Shown in pieces: positions 28,146 through 41,965 of a stretch of 64,000 bases of DNA. Numbering within the stretch: the stretch's first letter is position 1; every line of letters begins with the position of its first letter. Origin of the DNA: Octopus vulgaris (lineage: Eukaryota); contig OX597827.1 in NCBI GenBank assembly GCA_951406725.2, positions 45,198,001-45,262,000 of the forward strand, read 5' to 3'. The position numbers and the translations under genes were made by a program. The notes beneath the pieces were generated by a model. It worked only from the letters and a program-made list of their open reading frames with translations. It was not told where the DNA came from and ran no database searches.

Positions 28146-28694
28146 TGCCAACATTATGGAATAACAACAGAAAAAAGATGGCATAGGCACACACCAGAAA
28201 AGGTCACAGAAAACGAGAAAGTAATCATACTCTGGGATATGCCGATACACACAGATAGAGAAATTAAGGCCAACAGACCAGATATAGTTGTCAGAAATCA
28301 TGAAGAAAAAAAAAAATGCTTTCTAATTGATGTATCAATACCGGCAGATGACAACGTGTCTCTAAAAGAAATGGAGAAACTTTCAAAATACAAAGACCTA
28401 GAAATAGAGGTAACCAGAATGTGGAATCTAAAAACAGAAACAATTCCTATCATAGTAGGTGCATTAGGCATGATAAAAAAATATTCAGACAAATACATAA
28501 CAAAAACACCAGGACTTACAAACACATATAACATACAGAAAATTGCACTACTAAGCACTGCACACATCCTACGCAGAACACTTTCCATACAATAACCATC
28601 AGAGCATCACAACAAATCACAGCACATACCTAAGGCACACAGAGCTGCGCTCGGTAGTGAAGTGAAAGCACGCTATAAAAATAAAACTACTGAA
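28146..28694 (+). mobile_element. 3' fragment of a Dong/R4-clade non-LTR retrotransposon with open RLE domain (ORF 28146-28595)
   Basis: CQHYGI...WHRHTPEKV.ENEKVIILWDMPIHTDREIKANRPDIVV...CFLIDVSIPADDNVSLKEMEKLSKYKDL...IPIIVGALG...IQKIALLSTAHILRR*. The 5' break is directly on (AAT)n, the known target of Dong elements. Confidence 0.92.
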
Positions 28695-28964
28695 TTGTGT
28701 GATTTACTTAATACGTCACCCTGTGCTCTGGTCGTTAATTTTATGTGGATTCAGTTCCCGCTGCTCGAAATAATTTATTTCTGCTGCCCAATAGCCTCTC
28801 GCTGACTATTAAACCCGTATCTTGCAAATGATAACTACGACACACTTGATGATGATGTTCTTAGCCAAGGCAATGAACACTCTACAGATCAGTCCATTTA
28901 ACTGTGACGAGGCAACACAAACCGATATGTATTGCAAATAATAATAATAACAACAATAATTTTT

Positions 28965-29272
28965 TTTTCTGTTATAAGCAAAAGGCCTGAAATTTTCTGG
29001 AAAGGGGACTAGTCGATTACATCGACTCCAGAATTTCACTGGTACTTAATTTATCGACCCCGGAAATTGAAAGGCAAAATCGACCTCGGTGGAATTTGAA
29101 TTCAGAAGATAAAGACAGACGAAATATCTATTTCTTTACTACCCACAATGGACTAAACACCGAGGGGACAAACAAGTACAGACAAACGGATTAAGTCAAT
29201 TATATCGACCCCAGTGCGTAAATGGTACTTAATTTATCGACCCCGAAAGGATGAAAGGCAAAGTCGACCTCG
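28965..29272 (-). mobile_element. SINE family B dimeric fragment
   Basis: Two cores with two different tails. Confidence 0.8.
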
Positions 29273-29882
29273 TAAAGAAATTATTTCAGATTTTAAGAAT
29301 TTTTTTTGCTATCTCCTTTTCGCATTTTGAGTTTTCTTGCTTCGATGTTCAATTCTTCTTCATTTGAATTGAATAAATTTTATATAAACTTACAATTCGG
29401 TTTGTTCTGAGCACTAGGGACTCATCAAGACGGAGCTTAATTCGGTTTCCATGGGTTGCAAATGACTAAGATTACAACACTTCTCTACCCGCTTCCTCCC
29501 GCCCCACCCCATCCCCATCGCCGAACGAGACGCCGATACATCGCAAGGTTAATTTCCCGGTTATTGCTTGAGCTGATTTACCGCTGACTGGATTGGAGCG
29601 AAGTGAGGCGAAGCCTTTTGCTCGACAACACAACGCGTCGTCCGGTCCGGAAATGGAAGCCACGGTCTTTCGATGGAAGAAATTAAAATAAAAAAAATTA
29701 ACCTTGGTGTTAAATTTACTACCAATTGATTAAAGTATTTTTTACGTAACGAAATTAACACAATTTTTGTTTTTCTCATAAAATAAATGTATTCTTTCTT
29801 TTCTGTGTTACGTGTAATTTATAACCTCTCTTATTTTCTAACCAGTCAACGAAAGGGTTAGCAACTTTTTTTACACACACAC

Positions 29883-29944
<62 letters not shown>

Positions 29945-29949
29945 TCTTT

Positions 29950-30237
29950 TATTTTTTACTTGTTTCAGTCATTTGATTGCGGCCATGCTGTGGCACTGCC
30001 TTGAAGAGTTTTAGTCGAACGAAAGGCACCCCAGGACGTATTTTGTTTTAAAGCCTAGTACTTATTCTATCGGTCTCTTTTGCATATATACGACGGGCTT
30101 CTTCCGGTTTCCGTCTACCAAATCCACTCATAAGGCTTTGGTTGGCCCGAGATATTTGCCCAAGGTGCAACGAAATAGGACTGAACCCGGAACTACGTGT
30201 TTGGGAAGCAAGCTTCTTACTACACAGTCACGCCTGC
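29950..30237 (-). mobile_element. SINE family A, internally deleted
   Basis: Head and tail blocks present, middle missing. Confidence 0.8.
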
Positions 30238-30299
30238 ATTTGCATATGAATACACACACACACATACGTACATGCTGAGCTGCTGAGACCCCTTTTGCA

Positions 30300-30600
30300 C
30301 CTAGAAAGTTACTCTTCGAGGCACAAGTCCAGGCAAGGTTGTTTATTGAAGACCAGAAGTCGCCTATGCATACCGGTCTCCCCTCTCCACGCCACCAATG
30401 TTATCCAAGGGAAAGGCAAAGGGGCCGATACAGCTTGGCATTTGTGACATCGCAACTCATTTCTCCAGCTGAGTGAACTGGAGCAACGTGAAATAAAGTG
30501 TCTTGCTCAAGAACACAACACGCAGCCCGGTCCGGGATTCGAACTCACAACCTCACGATCGTAAGTTTCACGCTCTAACCACTGAGCCATGCGCCTTCAC
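30300..30600 (-). mobile_element. tRNA-headed SINE with CORE-like body and a different tail
   Basis: Minus strand GAAGGCGCATGGCTCAGTGG...GAGTTCGAATCCC...TGTTCTTGAGCAAGACACTTTATTTCACG. Confidence 0.8.
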
Positions 30601-31155
30601 ATGTACATACGTACATACATGTATGATAAATGTATGTACATACGTACACACATGTATGAAAAATGCCCGAATCACTGAAGAACGAAAGAATATCAAAGGG
30701 AATTATTTGGCACGAAAAGCAATGATGTCTCTTTGAGCTATGCGATACACTTGTTACGAGATATTCTTATTACGTTTATGTAATGATAACAGGCTTGTTT
30801 TATTGTAATATAATGCGGACGCTGCGCTTTTCTTTTCTTTTATTTTTTTACATGAAGTCTTTGTCGCGTCAGACTAGTGTTATAATCAAATATGCGTCAC
30901 TACCGTGTAGGTAGACGAAATGAGGAAATACCGCCTACTTCAGGATGAAATACCTTCTCCTCACACGCTATGGAAATTAAATAAATGATATTTGATTGTT
31001 GGCTTTCAAGAACCGGAAGTAGTCTCGAAGCGAGCGTTGCTGAATTGCGGTTTCAATAAGTACTACCATAGACCGAGAGTCTGCCATAGACTGAGAAATA
31101 AGTACTACCATACATTGAGAGTCTGTATACTCCGGTTTATGTTTATGTTCTAAAA

Positions 31156-31290
31156 CAGTGGTTCTCAATCGGGGTTCATATGACCCTTGGAGATCCATAT
31201 AAGATTTTGTTGTTAAAATTTAAGTGCAATAAACTCGCTATACTTCTACTATACACAAAATATTTAAAAATTTTTTAAAAATAGAATTCC
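31156..31290. mobile_element. hAT-like MITE end
   Basis: CAGTGGTTCTCAATCGGGG terminus typical of hAT/Charlie elements; the partner end was not found. Confidence 0.5.
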
Positions 31291-31291
31291 T

Positions 31292-31760
31292 GAAAGTGTG
31301 TCAATAGCCAGCTGGAGGAGGTGTCCTCCTGGGGCTACAAGCTACAGTAGCACCCACCCTTAGGGGTTAGCCATATTTAAGTGGCAAATATACTTCACGA
31401 TGTCGTGCAGCTACTGTTTATACCTCGCTCAGAGATTTATTATTGCTTGTTTACACTTTTTCGATATCAGTGACTTTTCGTCACTGGAAAAAGGATATAT
31501 ATATATTTGCAAAGGGAGACCTAGTTTTCATCGACAACCAGTGATTGTCACACGCTGATGACGGGTCAATAACCAGAAACTCGAGCCCGTGTGTATCATA
31601 GGTTGAAGACGGGAAGGATGGCTTCCCTTTGCAAATACTGATATGGCACAGAAAGTGTGTCAATAGCCAGCTGGAGGAGGCGTCCTCCTGGGGCTACAAG
31701 CTACAGTAGCATCCACCCTCAACGGTTAGCCACATTTAAGTGGCAAATATACTTCACGAT
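31292..31760 (+). mobile_element. Retrozyme-like unit: 110-bp direct repeats with a 359-bp period around a hammerhead
   Basis: 31292-31401 is nearly identical to 31651-31760; hammerhead at 31549-31593. Confidence 0.7.
31549..31593 (+). ncRNA. Type I hammerhead ribozyme motif, cleavage triplet mutated (GCC)
   Basis: CACACG-CTGATGA-CGGGTcaataACCA-GAAA-C-TCGA-G-CC-CGTGTG; perfect stem I and palindromic stem III loop. Confidence 0.8.
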
Positions 31761-32429
31761 TAAAGGTATTTGCTGTACATCAATTCACTCCTTCCTTTAA
31801 TTGACATTTCCTGATCGGGTGCGTAGTGTATATCACGCATCAAATGTTGAAATGATCGCGGAGCAAGTAACGCAAGATGAAGTATTTTGCTCAGGAATAC
31901 AACACACCACTCGGTCTAGGAATCGGAACCACGATCTTGCAATCGTGAGTGTCACACTCTAACTACTTCACACATACATACATACATACATACATACATA
32001 CATACATACATACATACATACATACATACATACATACATACATACATAGAAACCGTTCAGCGTAACTGGAAGTTTAAACATCAATGGGTCTTTATTAGCA
32101 TTATATGAGACCCGGATTATAAGATTGAAGCAACATCACATCGACAGTAACCCCCTTCCCCACAAAAAAAAAATCCGTCGAGAACTATTATCGCTGAAGT
32201 TTGTGAGCACGAAAAAGAAAAAAAAAAAACATCGTTAGGATAATTTTGCTAATGACCTTAAGGAGGGACTTGAAAATAGTTGAGATAGAACTCTCTCTCT
32301 TAGGTTTATTGGAAAATATTGATTTCAAATTTCGGCACAAGGTCAGCTATTTCAGATCCCAGTACTCAGCTTGTACTTATTTTATCGATCCTGAAAAGAC
32401 GGAATTTGAGAAATATTGGAGAATATTTT

Positions 32430-32867
32430 GTTCTACTCTAGGCACAAGGCCCGACATTTTTGGGGAGCGTTCCGGTCGATTAGATTGACCCCAGTACGCA
32501 ACTGGTACTTATTTAATCGACTTCGAAAGGATGAAAGGCAAAGTCGACCTCGGCGGAATTTGAACTCAGAACGTAGCGGCAGACGAAATACCGCTGAGTA
32601 TTTCGCCCGGCGTGCTAACGATTCTGCCAGCTCGCCACTTATGGACAATATTAACAGAAATAAATGGGCCAGTTCCTTGAGAAGGTTGTACGAAGGGTAC
32701 ATGGATACGTAAAACGAGAATCATCATAGAAATAAACCGAGGTCGTCTTTGCCTTTGATCCTTTTGGGAGTCAATAAATTAAATACCAGTTGCGTACTGG
32801 GGTCGATCTAATCGACTGGCTCCTGCTCTCCAAAAAATTTCGGGCCTTGTGCCTTTAGTAGAAAAGA
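32430..32867. mobile_element. Head-to-head SINE family B pair (32430-32637 minus, 32737-32867 plus)
   Basis: Reverse-complementary cores and tails about 100 bp apart. Confidence 0.85.
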
Positions 32868-33533
32868 AATAAACCACGCTAAAATCTGGCATGGAATACT
32901 GTTAAATTTATAGCATCATACTTTAAAGATTAGTTTAAATGGAATCCAAGAACAAGAAATTCTACCCCAAAAGACAGCAACTCAAAAACATGACATTAAC
33001 CACATCATTGTCAAAATGTCAGAGAATGTCCTTTAGATGTTACCGCTCCATAAGATATGATGTAGCTATTTAGAATATTCTTTTATTCTTTTATTTGTTT
33101 CTGTCATGGTACAGCGGCCATGCTAGAGCACCGCCTTGAATTGTTTAAGGAAAGAATTCGACTCAGTACTAATTTTAGCTCTGGTACGTTTTCTGTCGAA
33201 TCTTTTTGTCGAACCGTTAAGTTACGGAGACGTCAACGAAATGGTTATGCGAAAAATTTTCTAGGGAATGAATAATAATATGAATACCTTATATATAGAG
33301 GTAGTATTGAGTACCTCTTTGATCCATATAAAGAATCTGGGCTGTCGGTTGCGGTTAAAAATTCCCTTTTGTACATACTTACCAGAATATGTTATTTATA
33401 TTGATGATGATGATAAAGCAGAGAAGGAGGAGGAGCATGGGGAGGAGGAAGAGAATGTTTAAATGCAGCGATGCGCCTCCATATACAGAAGCACATTAAG
33501 ATACAGACCGAGGTAGGGTGAGAGAGAAAAGGA

Positions 33534-33567
<34 letters not shown>

Positions 33568-33624
33568 TGTGTGTGTGTCACACAGACAGAACAAGTATAT
33601 AGCTTGTATATATTTTTTAAAAAT

Positions 33625-33907
33625 CTTTTACTCGTTTCAGTCATTTTACTGCGGCCATGCTGGAGCACCGCCTTTAGTCGAGCAAATCGACCCCAGGACT
33701 TATTCTTTGTTATTCTTTGTAAGCCTAGTACTTATTCTATCGGTCTCTTTTGCGAAACCGCAAAGTTACGGGGACGTAAACACACCAGCATCGGTTGCCA
33801 AGCGATGTTGGGGGAACAAACACCGACGCGCAAGCACACACACGCACACGCACGCACACACACGCACACGCACGCACACGCACGCACACGCACGCACACA
33901 CTCACAC

Positions 33908-33963
<56 letters not shown>

Positions 33964-34125
33964 GACGGGCTTCTTTCAGTTTCCGTCTACCAAATCCACT
34001 CACAAGGCTTTGGTCGGCCCGAGACTATAGTAGAAGACACTTGCCCAAGGTGCCACGCAGTGGGACTGAACCCGGAACCATGTGGCTGGTAAGCAAGCTA
34101 CTAACCACGAATCCACTCCTATGTC
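33625..34125 (-). mobile_element. SINE family A
   Basis: Colinear with the 2094 copy. Confidence 0.9.
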
Positions 34126-34694
34126 TATATATGTATATACAAACAACACAAATCAAAAACAAAATAAAACAACAATAACATCAACGCAGACACACACACT
34201 TACACACAGCAAAAACTGTTATATTTCTAAGAAGTTCGCATCTTGAGTAAGTCTTGCACCCATAAACGATTTGCAGAAAGAACGGTTCTGTCAAGGTATT
34301 CCTAAAATCGAAACACGATACCAGTTTTGAAATGAGGGCCCAATGGATGGTTACTGCTGAATGCTATATCGCAACGCCTCATACCAAGTTCATAAGAGAG
34401 AATTATATACTCATAGCTCTAAGAAATTAGAGTAACATATATTTTTGAAAAAATAATTTCTATGTATCTAATTGAATTTATGATATAGAAAACGAGGTTA
34501 GCATTAATTATGTATGAGTTAATCAAATCTCTGGCGCGTTTTTTGGTTCATATAATAAACAAATTTTGTATGAAATATTATTTAATATACCTTAGAAATT
34601 CATAACATTGAAAAAAAAAACAAAAACAAAGCCAAAAAAACAACAACAAAAAGCAAAGATAAAAAATATGCGAAATAAAACCAAAACAATAACG

Positions 34695-34770
<76 letters not shown>

Positions 34771-34856
34771 ACACACAGACAGAAAGCAAAAACTTATATT
34801 TCTAAGAAGTAAAAAAAAATAGAGAAAAACCATTTGGGAAATTTCATCTTCATAAG

Positions 34857-34896
<40 letters not shown>

Positions 34897-34897
34897 C

Positions 34898-34935
<38 letters not shown>

Positions 34936-34951
34936 GTATGTGTGTGTTTGT

Positions 34952-34992
<41 letters not shown>

Positions 34993-35026
34993 CGTATGTG
35001 CTTGCATGTGTGTGTGATATATATAC

Positions 35027-35192
35027 AGGCGCAGGAGTGGTTGTGTGGTAAGTAGCTTGCTAACCAACCACATGGTTCCGGGTTCAGTCCCACTGCGTGG
35101 CATCTTGGGCAAGTGTCTTCTGCTATAGCCCAGGGCCGACCAATGCCTTGTGAGTGAATTTGGTAGACGGAAGCTGAAAGAAACCTGTCGTA

Positions 35193-35237
<45 letters not shown>

Positions 35238-35437
35238 TTGTGTGTCTGTGTTTGTCCCTCTAGCATTGCTTGACAACCGATGCTGGTGTGTTTACGTCCC
35301 CGTCACTTAGCGGTTCGGCAAAAAGAGACCGATAGAATAAGTACTGGGCTTACAAAGAATAAGTCCCGGTGTCGATTTGCTCGACTAAAGGCGGTGCTCC
35401 TGCATGGCCGCAGTCAAATGACTGAAACAAGTAAAAG
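35027..35437 (+). mobile_element. SINE family A
   Basis: Colinear with the 2094 copy. Confidence 0.9.
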
Positions 35438-35439
35438 TC

Positions 35440-35673
35440 TCTCCGCAGTGAATTTTTTCCATGCTGCCCATCACCATGGCAGCTATTTCAAGAATTTTAC
35501 GGTGAACAGATTATTTCGAAAGGATTTTGGCCAGGATTTTGGCCACCAAGATCACCTGATTTAACACCGCCAGACTTTTTCTTTTTGTCTAGGGAGTAAG
35601 TAAAGGATCAGTATAGAAGAATCGCCTGAAGACCATTAAATACTTACTGCGGGGAGACTTTCTGAACACCCTG
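35440..35673 (+). mobile_element. Tc1/mariner-superfamily remnant
   Basis: WPPRSPDLTPPDFF motif from 35540 and a TIR-like end GAACACCCTG|TA. Confidence 0.7.
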
Positions 35674-36289
35674 TATATACAACCTCTATACTCGTTCTGC
35701 CTGCGTGACACACTCTCTCCCTCTCTCTCTTTCTCTCCTCCTCCTTCTCTCTCTCACTCTACCTCTGTCCGCATCTCTGTGTGCCTCTGTATATGGAGGC
35801 GCTTCGCTGTCTTTAAACATTCTCTTCCTCCTCCCCTTCCGCCCCTCGTTCACCTTCGCATCATTATCATCATCAATGTATTATATTCCACATTTCTATG
35901 CTTGCATGGGTCAGACGAAATTTGTTGAGATAGACATTTCCTACGGCAAGATGCTTTCTCTGTCGCCCATCCTCACTTGTTTCTAAGCAAGGTATCATTT
36001 CCACCATGTTCAGACATGATTTTTCCACGGAATGCAAGAAACGAACAAAATCGCTTGTTTGATAGTGATGCTTATTTACAACCATCAGATGATGCCAAGA
36101 CAAGGGGACGTCTAGGTACACACAAAGAAACGCACACACACACACATACACACACACTTATACGATGAGCTTCTTTCAGTTTCTATCTACCAAATCCAAT
36201 TATAAGGCATTGGTCGGCTGGGGGCTATAGCAGAAGACGCTTGAAGATGCCACACAGAAGAAAAGTAATAAAAATTTCGATGACATCAG

Positions 36290-36720
36290 CGAGCTGGAGC
36301 TGGCAGAATCGTTACCATGTCGGGCAAAATGTTTTGCGACATCCGTCAGACTTGACGTTCTAAGTTCAAATTCTGCCAAGGTCATCTTTACCTTTCATTC
36401 TTTCGGGCGTCAATGAAATAAGTACCAGTCGAGCACGAGGGTAATCTCTCCCCTTAAATTGGTGACCTCGTGCTAAAATTTGAAACCTAGTTCTTTATTA
36501 CCCACAAGGGGCTAAACATAGAGGGAACAAACAAGGATAGACATAGGTATTAAGTCGATTACATCGACCCCAGTGCGGAACTGGTACTTAATTTATCGAC
36601 CCCGAAAGGATGAGAGGCAAAGTCAACCTCGGCGGAATTTGAACTCACAACGTAACGACAGACGAAATACCGCTAAGTATTTCATCCGGCGTGCTAACGT
36701 TTCTGCCAGCTCGCCGCCTT
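36290..36720. mobile_element. Tail-to-tail SINE family B pair (36290-36485 plus, 36490-36720 minus)
   Basis: Adjacent inverted copies. Confidence 0.85.
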
Positions 36721-37532
36721 AAAATTTGAAACTGATTACATCGGGGCACGATCGAATTGAGTTTCACACATAAAAGAGAACTATTAACAAGGACCAATTC
36801 ATTTGTGCCAGAAAACAGCAGCAGTAGCAGCACAAATGACCTGCTATCTCCTCGTGATTGACTTCGTTTCTATGCTTGTTCTACCATGTCTTGGGGTTGG
36901 GGTAGGCCGGTAGCTATGAGTCCAAAATATAGATATATAAAAATGGATGCTACTTATTTCCAAATATGCATAATTCATACTTTCACAAACACACACACAC
37001 ACACACACACACGAACACATGTATGCACGCCGTCTTCGTTTTTTTAGTAATTTCCTATCTGGAGTGAAGATGTCTCGCAAAGAAACAAAAAAGTCCATCA
37101 CTGTAATTTGGATTACAACGGCGACGATTGATACATATTGAACATTAAAAAAATGTCTTCCATATTTTTACAGTTTCACTTATAGATCGTATCTATAAAG
37201 TTCGTGTTAACCGGTTTCTTTTTTCTTTTTGCTTCACAGCTGTCTGGAATCTCATCTCTTCAAGAGCATTTGGCAATTGTGTTGCAAATTATTTGCTGCG
37301 ATAAATTATTAAAAAAGAAAAGAAAAAAAAAACAGCTTGGGAAAAGCATATAATACCCAATAGAAGAACCGTATGCAACTGAATAGAAGTGAGACCGGAT
37401 AACTATAAAGAGCTTTTAATGTTACGTAATATGCATTCAGTGTCCTTTTGAAACATTTGTAGTGTTTGACTACTTCTTCCACTCTTTTTATCCACAAACT
37501 TAATCACTGTTTCTCTCTATATTATATATATA

Positions 37533-37732
<200 letters not shown>

Positions 37733-38118
37733 TTTCTTTATCTGTCCCTATATGTGACTGCGTCCCTTTACCTTAACCTGTTATTTTCTTTTTCCTCTTA
37801 TTCTTCCTCTGTCTCATTCTCTCTCTCTCTGTATGCCTGTCTATTTCTTCCGTATTTTGTGTCTTCCACTCTATTCCCTTTTCTTCTTTCTCCATATCTT
37901 TATGCATACCTCTTTCCCAGTCTATATCTCTATCTCTGCCTCTTTCTCTTCCTTCACTCTCTCTCTCCCCTTCTTTTGCCTCCTCTCTCTTAACTTGTAT
38001 ACATCTTAACTTGCCTTTGCCTGTTTCGTTCTCTTTATATTTTTCAAATTCTGTATATATTTACACGCTTGCATGTATGTATGTATATACGCGTGCTAAG
38101 TATAAGTGTGTACATGTG

Positions 38119-38162
38119 TAGTAGTAGTAGTTGTTGTAGTAGTAGTAGTAGTTGTAGTGGTG

Positions 38163-38206
<44 letters not shown>

Positions 38207-38954
38207 GGTGATGTTTGTGTTAGCGCAAATGGAAATACGATATAGGTGTTGAGATGTTAGCACTTGTAGTAGAAATAGTAGTGGTGGTAGCGACGGTGGT
38301 GGTATTATGGCAGTGGTTGTGTTGGTGTTGGTGTTGGCAGCGGTGGTAGTGTGGGCGCAAGAGGTAGTGCTGATTGCAGTGGTGTACATATAGGCTACTG
38401 AAGTGGTACTAGCGAAAACAGTAGCAACAGCAGCAGCAACGGTAGTAGTAGTAGTTGTAGTAGTAGTAGAGGTTGTAGTAGTTGGTGTCGCGGTGTTGTT
38501 AGTGAAGGTGGTGGCTGATTTGATAGCAGTAGTAGTGAAAATGATTGTTGCTGTTGTTGTTGTGGTGGTGGTGGTAACAGCGGATGAGGTGAGTGTGACA
38601 TTGGTGAAGTAGTAGTAGTGGTGGTAGTATTAGTGTTATTATTATTATTAGTTGTAGTTGTCGTTGTTATGAAAGTAATAGTGGTAGTAATAGTGGTAGT
38701 AATAGTAGTAGTAATAATTTAGTAGTAGTGTTGATGATGGTGGTGATGGTGGTGGTGGAGTTGGTGGTGCAGTTAGTTGTGTTGGCGAAGTTTGAAGTGG
38801 TACGGAGGCTGATTGGATGATGGGTAAGTGAGGAACACGGCGTTGGTGGTGAGGGTAGATTACAGTGTCAGGTATACTACTACTACTACTACCTCTACTA
38901 CTGCTGCTGCTGTTGCTGCTACTACTACTACTACTACTACTACTACTGCTGCTG

Positions 38955-39001
<47 letters not shown>

Positions 39002-39480
39002 GCCACTGCTGCTGCTGCTGCTACTGCTGCTGCTGCTGATGCTACTATTCGTCGTAGTACTATTCCTAGTAGTAGTAGTAGCAGCAGCAGTAGCAACAGC
39101 AGCAGTAGCAACAGCAGCAGTAGTAGTAGTATTAGTAGTAGTAGCAGCAGCAATAGTTACGGTGATAGTGATGATGGCGGCAGTGCGAATGGTAAAGACT
39201 TGTGGCGGTGCAGACGATGGAGGTGGTGGGGTGAGGGAGGTGACGAAATTTGTGATGGTAAGGATGGGGAAAGATAAGATGGTAGTAGAGATGATGATGG
39301 TGGCGACGGCGGCGACAAATGGTGGAGGTGGTGGCGAATGATGGTGGTGGCGGTGGTGATGGATGGTGGTGGCTCTGGCAATGGATGGATGGTGGTGGTG
39401 GTAATGGTGATTGTGACGAGGCTGTTGGTGGCGATGGATGTGGAAGTAGCGAAGGGGAAGAGGGTAGTGGCGGGGAGTTT
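38119..39480. repeat. Long compound trinucleotide low-complexity block
   Basis: GTA/GTG/GCA/GAT runs, with an oppositely oriented CTA/CTG run at about 38875-39048. Confidence 0.9.
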
Positions 39481-39593
39481 TAGTGAAAATATTTTTAGGT
39501 GGATCAATTATGTACAAATGATTGCTGTTTCACACTGAATCGATGTATGTCCCACATTTGATCTTCACCTATATTCATATGTGCGTGTGTATA

Positions 39594-39631
<38 letters not shown>

Positions 39632-39907
39632 TAAATATATGCTTATGCATGTATGTATGAATGTACACACACATATACTCATATATGCGAGTGGGTATAT
39701 ATATATATTTTTACGCATACAAGCGCACACAAATATAAACACACGTATACACATACACAGATATTTATGTATATACACACAAACGAATACATACACATAA
39801 ACACACACACATATATATTTATACATATATTTATACATATATCTATATATGCATATGTTTATATATATATAGGTATCTTCTAGCTAATGTATATATATAT
39901 ATATATA

Positions 39908-39977
<70 letters not shown>

Positions 39978-40919
39978 GTGAAAAGGAACACACGAGTTGA
40001 TGCAAACAAGAGAGACAGAGAAAGGCAGAAACAAGGAAAATGCCACTTATATTTGAACCTATACAAATATTCCTTTAAAAAACTTTTCTTTTAAATTTTC
40101 TAAATTTAATTATTTAATCGTTACAGTTGAAAAGGTCTCAAAATGACCGAAACCGGCACTGAAATGTTCTTTATAAAATTATTTTAGCATTTTCTATCTT
40201 GACTTGTTTTTACATATATATATACTTACACACACACACACACACACATACACATATATACGCATAAAATGTATGCATGAATGAATGTGTGAATGCGTAT
40301 AAACGAGCTTGAGCAAAACAGCTACAACCTTAAAACTGCAAACACTAACAAATATTCTAACATCAACATTTTTCTCTCTTTTCTCTCTCTCTCTCTCTCC
40401 GACGCACACACACATACACACACACAGATTCACATTCTCACAGTCTGTCGTTTGGCCTCTGACAAGCCTTGATTCAATAAAAGCCATTCCAATTATGACT
40501 GCCTCAATTTTGTTCTTCTTCTTACATTTAAAGCCGAATTCGCGCTTACTTGCGAAAGCTCACATCTCTCACGTGAAAGATGCTAACTTGATATTTCAAT
40601 AAGAAAAAAGGCATAACTCTACAAGATTTTAAAAGTTGGTCTGTTTTTTTTCTAGTTATTTTTACTGTTGTGAAGGTGCGTGGCTTAGTGGTTAAGGCGT
40701 TCGGCTCACGGTCGTAAGATAGTGAGTTCGATTCCCGGCGGCGAGTTGTGTCCTTAAGCAAGACGCAATGTTTCACATGATTTACATTATTTACATTTGA
40801 CGGATATTTGTCCTCATCTTGTAAAAATGCCGGTAAGCATTTTGTCTAGCGCCTTGACTATTCTGCCAGCTCGCCGCTTTGAGAAACTAATGAATATTAT
40901 GATTAGTAATGGTAGAAGG

Positions 40920-41184
40920 TGAAGGCCCAGTGGTTAGGGCAGCGAATACGCGGTCGGAGGATCGCGGTTTCGATTCCCAAACCAGGCATTGTGCGTGTTT
41001 ATTGAGTGAAAACACTTAAAGCTCCACGAGGCTCCGACAGGGGCTGGTGGCGACCCCTGTTGTTTTCTTTCGCCCCAACTTTCTCTCACTCTTTCTTCCT
41101 GTTTCTTGTATAATATTGCGATGGACTTGAGTCCCGTCCATCTGGGGGAACACATACACCACAGAAACCGGGAAACCGGGCGCA

Positions 41185-41223
<39 letters not shown>

Positions 41224-41235
41224 CTAAATAAATAA
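40920..41235 (+). mobile_element. SINE family C with (TAAA)n tail
   Basis: Colinear with the 43872 copy. Confidence 0.88.
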
Positions 41236-41882
41236 ATGGTAGAAGAGATTTCAAATATAGATTTTAGTGACACAAAATAAAATAGTGACAAAACAAAAGA
41301 TGGAATTCAATCAAATTCGTAATCAGTTCTTGCTATTTAACACTCGGCCAAACACGATAAAGTAAATCAATGTTCATTTCCTCTAGGGAATAACGTATCT
41401 AGAAGTACATTGTCTAATGGGTTCTCAGCTTTTGTTGCGTGGGAGACCAAATGACTATGCTGAGGCTCCTTCGTTGGTAATCTTTAGTAACTGGTCAAGT
41501 CTAATCTGTTCCTTTGTTATTTCGCTGCTTTGGAGAAGAAACTTTTCGTGAGCAAGATATAAATCTTTATAATATTCAACTAAAAAAAAAAAAAAAAATG
41601 AAAAAATAACGGTGACAGAAAAAAAAAAGAAAGAGAAAGGAAATATAGAAGTTAGAAGCAGAAAGAAGAAGAATGGGAGAAAAGGAGGAAAGAAGACAAT
41701 GATGATGATGATGATTATGATGATGGTAACGAAGAAGAAAGAAGAAAAAGAAGAAATAGATTAAAGAAAATAGACTAAAGAAAGCTCAAGACTAGGAAAA
41801 TAATTATAACAACAACAACAACAACAATAATAATGATGATAATAATAATAATGATAATAATAATAATAATAATAATAATAAT

Positions 41883-41965
<83 letters not shown>

